A DNA stretch of 64,000 bases from Thermoanaerobaculia bacterium (lineage in GTDB: Bacteria; Acidobacteriota; Thermoanaerobaculia; Multivoradales; Multivoraceae): assembly GCA_963666565.1 (NCBI GenBank), contig OY762911.1, forward strand, positions 1,504,001-1,568,000, written 5' to 3'. This document shows, piece by piece, positions 18,306 to 27,729 of this stretch. Numbering within the stretch: the first letter of the stretch is position 1; every line of letters begins with the position of its first letter. The notes under the pieces are model-generated. The model ran no database searches and was not told the DNA's origin. It was given only the letters and a program-made list of their open reading frames with translations. A program made the position numbers and the translations under genes.

Positions 18306-19046
18306 ATGAAGATCCACAGGCTGTTCAAGTGGACGAGGTTCGGCATCTTCGCCGTCTTCGGCCTGATCGTCCTCTCGACTTCGATTCTCTGCATCTACAC
18401 CGTCGACACGGAGCTTTCGGCGGAGTACGAGGTCAACGCCCAGAACATCGCCAAGACGATCGCGGACTCGAGCGCCGGCATTCTCCTGAACCAGAATCTC
18501 GCGACGCTGCAGTCGCTGGTCGATCAGTTTCTCGCGGTGCAGGGCATCCGTTACATCTACATCACCAGCGAGACAGGCGAGTTTCTGGCGCACACGTTCG
18601 TTCCCGGCATCCCGGAGGAGATCCTCCAGAGCGACCACGCGAGCACGGCGCCGGTGGAACGGAACCTGCCCGGAATGGGCGACTTCATCGAGGTCGGCAG
18701 CCCGATCCTCGCGGGCGTCGCCGGCACCGTGCACGTCGGCATGGACCTCGACGTCGTCGCGCTCAAGATCCAGCGCGCCATCGGCCAGCAGGTCTACCTG
18801 ATCAGCGTCATGCTCGTCCTCGCGGTGCTGGCCTCGATCTGGTTCGTCAACCTGGCGGCCAAGCCGCTGGGGGAACTCCTCGCCTACGCGGTGGAACTGG
18901 CGAAGGACGGGGAGAACGACGAGCTGGGCGAGCGCGACATCCTGGGGCGGGACGACGAGGTGGGCCACCTGGCGCGGCTGTTCCTCCACGTGTCGCGGCA
19001 GGGCGCCGGCCGGGGTCTGCCGGCGGGCGCGCCGGGCGCGGAGTAG
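18306..19046 (+). CDS. Two-TM membrane sensor-like protein with periplasmic domain and HAMP-like tail, no output domain
   Basis: TM, ~140 aa extracytoplasmic region (HTFVPGIP, GTVHVGM), TM, then KPL..L...RDDEVGHLARLF and stop. Confidence 0.75.
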   Translation: MKIHRLFKWTRFGIFAVFGLIVLSTSILCIYTVDTELSAEYEVNAQNIAKTIADSSAGILLNQNLATLQSLVDQFLAVQGIRYIYITSETGEFLAHTFVPGIPEEILQSDHASTAPVERNLPGMGDFIEVGSPILAGVAGTVHVGMDLDVVALKIQRAIGQQVYLISVMLVLAVLASIWFVNLAAKPLGELLAYAVELAKDGENDELGERDILGRDDEVGHLARLFLHVSRQGAGRGLPAGAPGAE

Positions 19047-19052
19047 GCCGGC

Positions 19053-20372
19053 GTGCGGGTACCCCGAGTCGTCATCGCGCTGCTCTGCACGACGCTCCAG
19101 TTGTGCTTCGGCACGGTCTACGCCTGGAGCTTCTTCCAGACGATGCTGGTGCGGCAGGCCGGCTGGACGTTCTCGCAGACGGCCTGGGCCTTCAGCATCA
19201 CGATCTTCTCGCTCGGCGTCTCGGCCGCGTGGGCCGGACAGGCGCTGCCGCGGTTCGGGCCGAGGAAGCTCGCCCTGATCGGCAGCGTCATGTTCTCGGG
19301 CGGCTACGTGATCGCGGCCGTCGCGCTCCGGCTGGACATGCTGCCGCTGTTCTACGCCGGCTACGGGGTGATCGGCGGCGCCGGCATCGGCCTCGGCTAC
19401 GTGACGCCGGTGGCGACGGTCGCCAAGTGGTTCCCGGACCACAAGGGGCTGGTCACCGGGATCGTCGTCATGGGTTTCGGCGTCGGCGCCTTCCTGCTCA
19501 GCAAGGGCCTGGCGCCGCTGCTGGTGGTGGGCGCCGGCGAGGACCTCTCCCAGGTCTTCCTCTGGCTCGGTCTCATCTTCGGCGGCCTGCTGATCCCCTG
19601 CAGCCTGCTGCTGAGCGATCCGCCCGCGCCCTCGGAACTGCCGAAGGTCGTGGCGGGGCCGGCCGCGCCGACGCCCGCCGAGGCCGCCGGGGACGACGCC
19701 GCGGTCAGGACCTACCTCGGTTCCCAGCAGTTCGTCTTCATGTGGATCGTCTTCTTCTTCAACATCGCGGCCGGCATCACGGTGATCAGCTTCCAGTCGG
19801 AGCTGCTGCAGGAGGTCTGGGGGCTCTCCGACCCCTCGCTCGAACCGGCGACCCTGGCGGAGTACGGGGCCACCTTGATCGCGGTCAGTTCCCTGTGCAA
19901 CGGCGTCGGCAGGCTGTTCTGGGGCCTGCTGTCGGACCGCATCGGCCGGGTCAGGGTGTTCCGGATCCTGCTGGCGAGCCAGATGGTCGTCTTCGGCGTG
20001 CTGATGACCGAGACGAACCCGGTGGTCTTCTCCGTGCTCGTCTGCTACGTCCTCCTCTGCTTCGGCGGCGGGTTCGCCACCATGCCGCCCTTCGTCCTGG
20101 ACGTGTTCGGCTCGAGGAAGATGTCCTCGGTCTACGGCGCCGTGCTCACCGCCTGGGCGGCGGCGGGGATCTTCGGCCCGGTCTACCTGGGTTACCTGAA
20201 GGACGTCTACCCGGACCGCGCGGTCATGTACTGCTTCCTGGTCGGGATCCTCATGCTGGGCGGCGGCTTCCTCTTCTCCTACCTGTTGACCGACGACCGG
20301 CTGCGGATGGGGCGCCCGACGCTCGAGGGAACCCTGCGCCAGTTCGGGATTCCCGTTCCAGGCAAGGGGTAG
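19053..20372 (+). CDS. OFA (oxalate/formate antiporter) family MFS transporter
   Basis: GTVYAWS, GLGYVTPVATVAKWFPDHKGL..G, NGVGRLFWGLLSDRIGR, about 12 TM. Confidence 0.9.
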   Translation: MRVPRVVIALLCTTLQLCFGTVYAWSFFQTMLVRQAGWTFSQTAWAFSITIFSLGVSAAWAGQALPRFGPRKLALIGSVMFSGGYVIAAVALRLDMLPLFYAGYGVIGGAGIGLGYVTPVATVAKWFPDHKGLVTGIVVMGFGVGAFLLSKGLAPLLVVGAGEDLSQVFLWLGLIFGGLLIPCSLLLSDPPAPSELPKVVAGPAAPTPAEAAGDDAAVRTYLGSQQFVFMWIVFFFNIAAGITVISFQSELLQEVWGLSDPSLEPATLAEYGATLIAVSSLCNGVGRLFWGLLSDRIGRVRVFRILLASQMVVFGVLMTETNPVVFSVLVCYVLLCFGGGFATMPPFVLDVFGSRKMSSVYGAVLTAWAAAGIFGPVYLGYLKDVYPDRAVMYCFLVGILMLGGGFLFSYLLTDDRLRMGRPTLEGTLRQFGIPVPGKG

Positions 20373-20468
20373 GGAACTGCTCTCTCCCGCGGCCGCGCCG
20401 GCGAGCGCGCGCGTCCTGCCGGCGCCCGGCGCGCCGCGGCTCGCGCCGCGCCGGCACGGGAGCGCCGC

Positions 20469-21356
20469 GTGATCGCTGCCGTCCTGAGGTCGCTCCGGCC
20501 GGCGCAGTGGAGCAAGAACGTGTTCGTTCTGGCGCCGGCCGCGTTCGCCGGCAGCCTGCTGGACGGCGGCGCGCTGGCCGCCTCGGCGACCGCCTTCGCG
20601 GCGTTCTGCGCGGCGGCCAGCTCCGTCTACCTGTTCAACGATCTGCGCGACCGCGAGCTGGACCGCCGCCATCCGACCAAGAGGCTGCGGCCGGTGGCGT
20701 CGGGCGCCCTGGGCGCGGCGACGGCCGCGGCAGTCAGCGCGGGGCTGGCGGCCGCCGCCGTCGGCGCCGCCTGGACCCTCGACGGCCGCGCGGTCCAGCT
20801 CGTCGCCGCCTACCTCCTGGTGAACCTCCTCTACTGCCTGTGGTTGAAGCGGGTCGTGATCGTCGACGTGATGGTGCTGTCGAGCGGCTACGTGATCCGC
20901 GTGCTGGCTGGCGGCGCCGCGGTCGGCGTGGCGGTTTCCGCCTGGCTGGTGCTCTGCACCGTCTTCCTGGCGCTCTTCCTGGGGTTCTCCAAGCGGCGGC
21001 ACGAACTGGTGCTTCTGTCGGGCGAGGCCCGCGAGCAGCGGGCGGTGCTCAGCCAGTACAGCCGGACGTTCCTCGACCAGATGATGAACGTGGTGACCGC
21101 CTCGACGCTGCTGTCCTACGCCCTGTACGCCACGGCCGACGAGACGGTCGCACGCTTCGGCGCCTACAGCCTGGTCTGGACGGTTCCCTTCGTGCTCTTC
21201 GGCATCTTCCGCTACCTCTACCTCATCCACCAGGCCGAGAATCCGAAGCAGCGGAATCCGACCGAGCTACTCCTGTTCGATGCGCCGTTCCTCGTCAACA
21301 TGGGGCTCTACAGCCTGACGGTCTTCCTGATCGTCTACGGTCGCGGCCCGTCCTGA
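20469..21356 (+). CDS. UbiA-family polyprenyl-phosphate phosphoribosyltransferase
   Basis: LRPAQWSKN, YLFNDLRDRELDRRHPTKRLRPVASG, KRRHEL, FGIFRYL. Confidence 0.9.
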   Translation: MIAAVLRSLRPAQWSKNVFVLAPAAFAGSLLDGGALAASATAFAAFCAAASSVYLFNDLRDRELDRRHPTKRLRPVASGALGAATAAAVSAGLAAAAVGAAWTLDGRAVQLVAAYLLVNLLYCLWLKRVVIVDVMVLSSGYVIRVLAGGAAVGVAVSAWLVLCTVFLALFLGFSKRRHELVLLSGEAREQRAVLSQYSRTFLDQMMNVVTASTLLSYALYATADETVARFGAYSLVWTVPFVLFGIFRYLYLIHQAENPKQRNPTELLLFDAPFLVNMGLYSLTVFLIVYGRGPS

Positions 21357-22418
21357 GCGCCCTCCCGCGTTCGACCGGCGCAGCAGCCACAGCACCCAGG
21401 GCATGGCCAGCAGGCCCACGGCGACCGCGAACCACAGGGTGGCGGCCCGGACGATGACGGTCGCGGCCATCGCCGCGTCGAGGCCGACGCCCTGGCGCTC
21501 CAGCAGCAGGACGAGGGACCCCTCCGCGGCGAGGAGGCCGCCCGGCAGCATCGAGGCGGCGCCGGCGATGCTGGAGGCCGCGTAGTCGAACACGGAGGCC
21601 AGGACGGGCACGGACGGCGCGTAGTGCCGGACGACGAGCGCGCAGCCGACGCCCTCCGCCGCCCACGCGGCGGTGGAGAGGGCGAGGCCCGCGAGCAGCG
21701 TCCGGGTCTCGAGCAGGCGCGCGAAGGCCTGGTGGATGTCGATCAGCACCGCCGCTCGCCCCTTGGCGAGCCGGGTCTTCGCCAGCAGGGGCAGCAGGCG
21801 CCGGACCAGCGGCCCGTACGCCGCCGCCACCGCGGCCGCCGCCGCGACGAGGACGACCGGCGCCATGAACGAGCCTTGGCCGGTGAAGACGAGGGCCGAC
21901 GACGCGATCAGCAGCAGGACGGCGAGCACGTCGAGCAGCCGTTCCGTCACGACGACCGCGACGACCGGGCGCGCCCGTCCGCCGCCGAACTCGCGCGCCA
22001 TCCACGCCTTGGCGAGTTCGCCCGCCTTGCCGGGGGTGACCGCGAGCAGGAAGCCGGTCAGGAAGATCGCGAGGCTGCGGGTCCAGGGCAGGCGGACGTC
22101 GAGGCGCCGCAGGTAGAGCTGCCAGCGCACGAAGCGCAGCCAGTAGTTGACGGCGGACAGCAGCAGCACGACGGCCAGCGTCGCGGGACTGAAGCCGCGG
22201 ATCAGCTCGCGGATCCGCCCGAAGTCGCCCAGGAAGCCGAACGCGGCGAACGTCACCGTGCCCAGCAGGAGCAGAACCAGCAGGCCGCGTCCGATGCCCC
22301 GGAACGGCCGGTTCAAGTCGGCCGCTCCTGGCGAGGTGGGGGCTGGGGCCGAACCTGGCGCCTGCGACGGGTCCGGCGGCGTTTGGCGGTGGTCGGTGAG
22401 CGGCACGGGCGGCAGCAT
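21267..22418 (-). CDS. UPF0104 / LPG-synthase TM-like flippase
   Basis: NYWLRFVRW, TPGKAGELAK, ERLLD, PGGL..AEG, IVRAATLW. Confidence 0.85.
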   Translation of the reverse strand: MLPPVPLTDHRQTPPDPSQAPGSAPAPTSPGAADLNRPFRGIGRGLLVLLLLGTVTFAAFGFLGDFGRIRELIRGFSPATLAVVLLLSAVNYWLRFVRWQLYLRRLDVRLPWTRSLAIFLTGFLLAVTPGKAGELAKAWMAREFGGGRARPVVAVVVTERLLDVLAVLLLIASSALVFTGQGSFMAPVVLVAAAAAVAAAYGPLVRRLLPLLAKTRLAKGRAAVLIDIHQAFARLLETRTLLAGLALSTAAWAAEGVGCALVVRHYAPSVPVLASVFDYAASSIAGAASMLPGGLLAAEGSLVLLLERQGVGLDAAMAATVIVRAATLWFAVAVGLLAMPWVLWLLRRSNAGGRSGRAATVDDQEDRQAVEPHVDEERRIEQE

Positions 22419-22495
22419 GGACGCTAGCAGCTTGAGGATCGTAAGGACGGGTATGGCGTACGGGTCGGGTGGGAGGCGCTAAGCTGATTCGGCAC

Positions 22496-25342
22496 ATGTC
22501 GAGCGCGAAGTCGAAGGCGCGGCGCCGCCTGGCTGGCCGGGTCGCGCTCTACGGAGCGTTGCTCGCGGCGCTCGCGTTCGCCGTCGCATTCAACCGGCGG
22601 ACGACGCCGGCGCCGGCCTTCGACACGAGCTGGAACGAGGTCGACTGGGAGGCGGATGAAGACGTCCGCCGGCTCCGGGACCTCGTCCGGATCGACACGA
22701 CGGCGGCCACCGGGCGGGAGATCGATGCCGCGCGCTACCTTGCCGGCATCCTGGAGGAAGCGGGAATCCCGGTCGAGATCGAGCCTCTGGAGGGCGCGAA
22801 GGCGAACCTGTGGGCGATCCTCGAAGGCGAGAGCCGGGAGGCGCTGGTGCTCCACAACCACCTCGACGTCGATCCGGTGCGGCGGCCGGACGAGTGGGTC
22901 GCGCCGCCGTTCGAGGGGCGGATCGAACCGCCGTGGATGATCGGCCGCGGCGCGTTCGACATGAAGAGCGTGACGGCGGCCCAGCTCGCCGCGATGCTGG
23001 CGGCGAAGGAGCGGATGGACGCGACCGGCCTGCTGCCGGAGCGGTCGCTGATCTTCCTCGCCACCAGCAGCGAGGAGACCGGCAGCGGTCCGGGGACGCG
23101 CCGCATCCTGAGCGAACGGCCCGAACTTGCCGAGCGCTTCTGGGCGGTGCTGACCGAGGGCGGCGTGCTGGAGGCGACCTGGACGAACGAAGTCAAGTAC
23201 TGGGGCACCTCGTTCGCCCAGAAGCAGTTCCTGGAGGCGACCGCCGCCGCGCCGACGGCCGAGCGGCTGGAGCGGCTCCGCACCGACCTGCTGGCCGCGC
23301 TGCTCGCCGCGAAGCCGGCGGCGGTCGTCCCCGAGGTTGCGGCGTTCGCGGCGGCGTACGGGCCGTCGCGCCAGCACCCGGACTACCGGGCGGCCCTCGC
23401 CGCGCCGGAGCGGGTGCTCGAAGAGCCCGAGCTGTTCGACGGCCTGCCGGACCTTCTCAAGGCGCTGTTCCGCAACGAGGCGCACCCGTTCTTCGTGGAG
23501 GCCGCGCCCGGCGGCGGGTACCGCCTGCGCATCGTCCTCCACGTGCTGCCGGGGCTGGACGCCGACGCGGTCGCCGCCGAGCTCCTGCCGGCCCGGATGC
23601 TGGAAGGCGTCGAGGTGCGGATCGACGACGTGCGGGGCGCCGCCCACGGGAGCTCCCTCGACCATCCGGCGTACCTGCGGCTGATCGACTCGCTGCGGCG
23701 GCGGACCGGCGTCGAGCCGGACCGGATCGGTCCCTACCTGTTGGCGCGCTACGCCAACGACGCCCGGTTCTTCCGGCGCCACGGCATCGCCGCGTACGGC
23801 TTCACGCCCTTTCGGTTCCTCTCCGTCGACTCGATGACCGTGGCGGGCCCGAACGAGAAGATCGCCCTGCCCGCCTTCGTGGAGGGCGTGGCGCTGTACC
23901 GGCAGGTCGTGCAGGACCTCGTGTACCCGGCGACTGCCGCCGCAGGCGGCCGGGAAAGGCGCCGCGAAGCGGCGGCGACTGCGTCCGCCTTCGCCGCCGC
24001 CGAACCGGTCGCCTGGCTTCGGACCTACCTCTCCTTCGACACGAGCAACCCGCCGGGCGGCGAGGCCGCCGCGATCGGGTACCTCGTCTCGTTGATCGAG
24101 CGCCACGACCCGGCGCGGGAGATCGAGGTGCGGGTGCTGACGAGCCCCGGCGGCCGGTCGAACCTGTACGCCCGCCTGCCCGCGAACGCTCCCGACGCGA
24201 AGGGCGGCGCCCTGGTTCTCCTGCACCACGTCGATGTCGTGCCGGCGGGAGCGGGCTGGCGCCTTCCCCCGTTCGGAGGGATCCTTCGCGACGGGAAGAT
24301 CTGGGGCCGCGGTGCGCTCGACGCGAAGAGCCTCGGCATCGCTCACCTGAACGCCATGCTGCATCTGTTGGAGAGCGGGGTGCCGCGACGTCGCGACCTG
24401 ATCTTCGTCGCCAGCGCGGACGAGGAGGCAGGCGGCGCCGAGGGTGCCGGCTGGCTGGTCGAGGAGCACTGGGAGCTGTTCGAGGGCGCCGAGGCGGTCC
24501 TGAACGAGGCCGGGGTCAACCGCATGGCCGGCGAGCGCCTCCTGTGGTGGGGCATCGAGACCGCCCAGAAGCAGGTGCTCTGGCTCCGCGCCACGGCCTC
24601 CGGCCGGGGCGGCCACGGTTCGGGATTCAACCCGGCCAGCCCCACCCACCGGCTGTTGCGGGCGCTCAACCGCGTGCTCGAACTGGAGCATCCGTGGCGG
24701 GTCACGGAGGCGGCGCACCAGGCGTACCGCGGTCTCGCGGCGTTCCATGGGGGGGAGTTCGCCGCGGTGTTCGACCAGCCGATCGAACTCGTGCAGGCCG
24801 AGCTGGACCGGCGCCTCCGGTTCGGAGGGCTGGACCGGGTGCTGATGCCCGGGATGGCGGCGAGCTTTCGCGACACGGTCCAGATCACCCGGTTCGACAA
24901 CGGCGCCGGCCCGGTCAACGTGGCGCCGGGCGAGGCGGCGGCGCTGATCGACGCCCGCCTGCTCCCGGACGCCGACGTCGAGGCGTTCCGCCGGCGGGTC
25001 GACACGGTGCTGGGCGCCGGCATCCACGTCGAGGAGCTCCTGCGCTCGGGTCCGAGTCCGGCGTCCAGCACGGAGAGCGACGTGTACCGCACTCTGGAGC
25101 GCGTGCTCGGCGCGCGGGCGCCGGTCGCGCCGGCCATGATCGCCGGCGCCACGGACTCGCGTTTCTTCCGCCGGCGCGGCGTGGACGCGTACGGCTTCTC
25201 TCCCTTCACGATTCCCGGCGAGGACGCGGCGGGGATCCACGGAATCGACGAGCGGATACCCGCCGACGACTTCCTTCGCGGCTGCGAGACGATGACGCGG
25301 GTCGCCGCCGCCATCGTCCAGGCCGGCGGCGGGGCGCCATGA
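22496..25342 (+). CDS. Membrane-anchored protein with two tandem M20/M25/M40 metallopeptidase domains
   Basis: HLDV/GRGAFDMKS/SEETG in the first half; HVDVVP/GRGALDAKS/DEEAGG/IHGIDER in the second half. Confidence 0.85.
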   Translation: MSSAKSKARRRLAGRVALYGALLAALAFAVAFNRRTTPAPAFDTSWNEVDWEADEDVRRLRDLVRIDTTAATGREIDAARYLAGILEEAGIPVEIEPLEGAKANLWAILEGESREALVLHNHLDVDPVRRPDEWVAPPFEGRIEPPWMIGRGAFDMKSVTAAQLAAMLAAKERMDATGLLPERSLIFLATSSEETGSGPGTRRILSERPELAERFWAVLTEGGVLEATWTNEVKYWGTSFAQKQFLEATAAAPTAERLERLRTDLLAALLAAKPAAVVPEVAAFAAAYGPSRQHPDYRAALAAPERVLEEPELFDGLPDLLKALFRNEAHPFFVEAAPGGGYRLRIVLHVLPGLDADAVAAELLPARMLEGVEVRIDDVRGAAHGSSLDHPAYLRLIDSLRRRTGVEPDRIGPYLLARYANDARFFRRHGIAAYGFTPFRFLSVDSMTVAGPNEKIALPAFVEGVALYRQVVQDLVYPATAAAGGRERRREAAATASAFAAAEPVAWLRTYLSFDTSNPPGGEAAAIGYLVSLIERHDPAREIEVRVLTSPGGRSNLYARLPANAPDAKGGALVLLHHVDVVPAGAGWRLPPFGGILRDGKIWGRGALDAKSLGIAHLNAMLHLLESGVPRRRDLIFVASADEEAGGAEGAGWLVEEHWELFEGAEAVLNEAGVNRMAGERLLWWGIETAQKQVLWLRATASGRGGHGSGFNPASPTHRLLRALNRVLELEHPWRVTEAAHQAYRGLAAFHGGEFAAVFDQPIELVQAELDRRLRFGGLDRVLMPGMAASFRDTVQITRFDNGAGPVNVAPGEAAALIDARLLPDADVEAFRRRVDTVLGAGIHVEELLRSGPSPASSTESDVYRTLERVLGARAPVAPAMIAGATDSRFFRRRGVDAYGFSPFTIPGEDAAGIHGIDERIPADDFLRGCETMTRVAAAIVQAGGGAP

Positions 25343-26130
25343 CCTCCGAAGCCGCGCCGGCGCTGGTCGCCTTCGGAGCGGCGTACGCTGCGGTCGTGGG
25401 ATTGTGCGTCGGCAGCTTCCTGAACGTCGTAGCCCATCGGCTGCCGCGCGCGGAGTCGATCGTGCGGCCGCGGTCGCGCTGTCCGCGCTGCGGCGAGGGG
25501 ATCGCCGCCCGGGACAACGTGCCGGTGCTGAGCTACCTGCTGCTTCGGGGCCGCTGCCGGACCTGCGGCGAGGCGATCGCCTGGCGTTACCCGGCGGTCG
25601 AGGCCGGCAGCGGTCTTTTCTGGCTCGCCTCCTGGCTGGCGTTCGGCGCGACCTGGGACGGTCTGGCGGCCGCCGTGTTCTGCAGCCTGATGCTGGTGCT
25701 GGCGGTCATCGACGCGACCCACTTCCTGCTTCCGGATCCGCTGACGTACGGCGGCATCGGGCTCGGTCTGGCGGCTTCCTTCGCGGTGGGCTGGACGACC
25801 CCCGTCGACTCGCTGCTCGGCGCGGCGGCCGGGGCGGGCGCCCTCCTGCTCCTCATCGGGCTCTGGTACCTGCTTCGCCGGGTCCGGGGCATGGGGCTCG
25901 GCGACGTGAAGATGCTCGCCGCGGTGGGCGCCTTTCTCGGCGTCGGAGGAATGCTGCTGACGCTGTTCCTCGCGTCGCTCATCGGCGCGGCGGCGGGCCT
26001 CCTGTTCATGGTCCGCGGCCGGCTGGGCTGGAGCTCCAGGCTGCCGTTCGGCTTCTTCCTCGCGATCGGCGCCGTCGTGTCCCTGTTCTTCGGCGCCCGG
26101 CTGATCGCCGCCTACGCGGCCCTGCTGTAG
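25339..26130 (+). CDS. pilD: Prepilin peptidase / N-methyltransferase
   Basis: GSFLNVV, SRCPRC..GRCRTC, IDATHFLLPD, GMGLGDVKM, LPFG. Confidence 0.95.
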   Translation: MTSEAAPALVAFGAAYAAVVGLCVGSFLNVVAHRLPRAESIVRPRSRCPRCGEGIAARDNVPVLSYLLLRGRCRTCGEAIAWRYPAVEAGSGLFWLASWLAFGATWDGLAAAVFCSLMLVLAVIDATHFLLPDPLTYGGIGLGLAASFAVGWTTPVDSLLGAAAGAGALLLLIGLWYLLRRVRGMGLGDVKMLAAVGAFLGVGGMLLTLFLASLIGAAAGLLFMVRGRLGWSSRLPFGFFLAIGAVVSLFFGARLIAAYAALL

Positions 26131-26152
26131 GAGGTCCCGCACCGGGCGCGCC

Positions 26153-26193
26153 GGGTGCGCGGGTCTTCTGACCCGCTGCCGCCGAAGGCGACG
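26153..26193 (+). repeat. REP-like hairpin, family B
   Basis: GGGTGCGCGGGTCTTCTGACCCGC-TGCCGCCGAAGGCGACG after the pilD stop. Confidence 0.85.
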
Positions 26194-26299
26194 GAGAAAC
26201 GGGCCGGCCGCAGGCCGGCGCCACAGCCACGGCCCCTGCCGTAACCCACGGAGCCGAGCTCCACACCCGATCCTCACCCCCGTTTCCGTCCTTGTCTGT

Positions 26300-26740
26300 A
26301 TGAACAGAAGGATCCGTCACCCCGCCATCCCCCCGCTCTCGAACGCCGGCTTCAGCCTGGTCGAGGCGCTCGTCTCCCTCGCCCTGCTCGGGCTGACCGC
26401 GTCGACCGTCCTCGCGCTTGTCCTCCGCTCCGGGCTGAACAACCTGGAGGCGCGCCGGGCCGACGCGCTGGCGGCGATGGCGCGCTCGTCGCTCCGGGAC
26501 GCCGTCGCCGGGCGGGACCTCGACCAGGTCTGGTGTCCCTCCGCGGCGGCCTGGCGGGACGACTGCGCGGGCGAGGCGCCCCGGTTTCGGCGCGCCGTCC
26601 GCAGCGTCGTGACGCTTGAGCCGGCGGGTCCCGGGGGGTCGGTGGAAGTCGCCGAAGTGACGGTCGAGGTGACCGCGCTGCAGGCCGGCCGGGCGGCCGG
26701 CGAGAGAACGATTACCCTCGTCACCCTCCGTGTCCCATGA
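26300..26740 (+). CDS. PilV-like minor pilin
   Basis: AG/FSLVE class III signal followed by a hydrophobic helix. Confidence 0.8.
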   Translation: MNRRIRHPAIPPLSNAGFSLVEALVSLALLGLTASTVLALVLRSGLNNLEARRADALAAMARSSLRDAVAGRDLDQVWCPSAAAWRDDCAGEAPRFRRAVRSVVTLEPAGPGGSVEVAEVTVEVTALQAGRAAGERTITLVTLRVP

Positions 26741-27729
26741 AGGTCCGCGCCGCCGGCTTCAGCCTGATCGAGACGCTCGTGGCCTTCGGGCTGACCGTCG
26801 TCGTGTCGGCGTTCGCGCTCTCGCTCTTCGGCCTCCACCAGCGGCTGGCGCGCGCGCAACTGGAGGACTCGTCGCTGCAGGAGGCTCAGCAAGCGGTCCA
26901 CCGGGAACTGCGGCAGACGTTGCGCGCCGCCGGTCGCGGCGGCCTCGGGCGGGCCGGTCCGGGCCAGGCGGCGCGCCCGGAACTCGCCGCGTTCGTCGAG
27001 AAGGACGTCGCGTCGGGCCATCCGGTCGGCGCCCGGACCGCCGCCGAGGGCACCGACGTGCTCGTCGTGCGCGGCGTGATCGACGGCCCCCTCTACTGGG
27101 TGGAGGACCACGCCTTCGACGCCGCCGCCGGCAGCGGCTGGGTCGAGGTGCGGGCCGAGGCCGCCGGGGGCGTTCCGCAGCCGCTCTCGGCGCTGCGGGA
27201 GGCCGGCGACGCCGGCGACGACGCCTTGCTCCTGGTCTCCGCCGGCGGGGTCCACGCGGTCGTTCCAATCACCGACTACAGCGCCAGCGGACGGGGACGA
27301 CGCCGCACGGCGCGCGTCTTCTTCCACGCCGACGCTTCGAGGGGACCGATCGCCGCCGCCTACCTGGGAATGTCGACCGGCGGCGGCTGGCCCGCCGGCC
27401 GCATGGGCGCGGTCGAGAGGGTCGGCGTGCTGGAGGAATGGCGGTTCTACGTCCGGCCCGCGGACCCGGGGGCCGGCCGCGGGCCGCAGCTCGCGATGGC
27501 CCGCTTCTACCCGGGCGCCGGGATCGCCTGGCGGCGGCGCAACTCGAACCTGGCGCAGCCGATCGCGGACGACATCGTCGACCTGGAGGTGGCCATCGAC
27601 GACGCGCCGGACGGCCGGGGACTCGTCGCCACCGTCGTCAGCACGGCCCGCGCTGGCGAGCCGGCCGTGGGAGCGCTGCGGCTGGAACGGCGGGCGACGT
27701 CCTCGGTCCGCCTGAGGAACGTCCAGTGA
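26737..27729 (+). CDS. PilW-like minor pilin
   Basis: AG/FSLIE class III signal; C-terminal VRLRN typical of PilW. Confidence 0.8.
   Translation: MKVRAAGFSLIETLVAFGLTVVVSAFALSLFGLHQRLARAQLEDSSLQEAQQAVHRELRQTLRAAGRGGLGRAGPGQAARPELAAFVEKDVASGHPVGARTAAEGTDVLVVRGVIDGPLYWVEDHAFDAAAGSGWVEVRAEAAGGVPQPLSALREAGDAGDDALLLVSAGGVHAVVPITDYSASGRGRRRTARVFFHADASRGPIAAAYLGMSTGGGWPAGRMGAVERVGVLEEWRFYVRPADPGAGRGPQLAMARFYPGAGIAWRRRNSNLAQPIADDIVDLEVAIDDAPDGRGLVATVVSTARAGEPAVGALRLERRATSSVRLRNVQ

Noticed and set aside
14732-21457. Very long ORFs (1220, 1014 and 1042 aa) and many similar ones across the window
   Set aside because: Shadow or antisense frames of real genes in high-GC DNA; Arg/Pro/Gly-rich with no motifs, apart from the true genes nested at their ends
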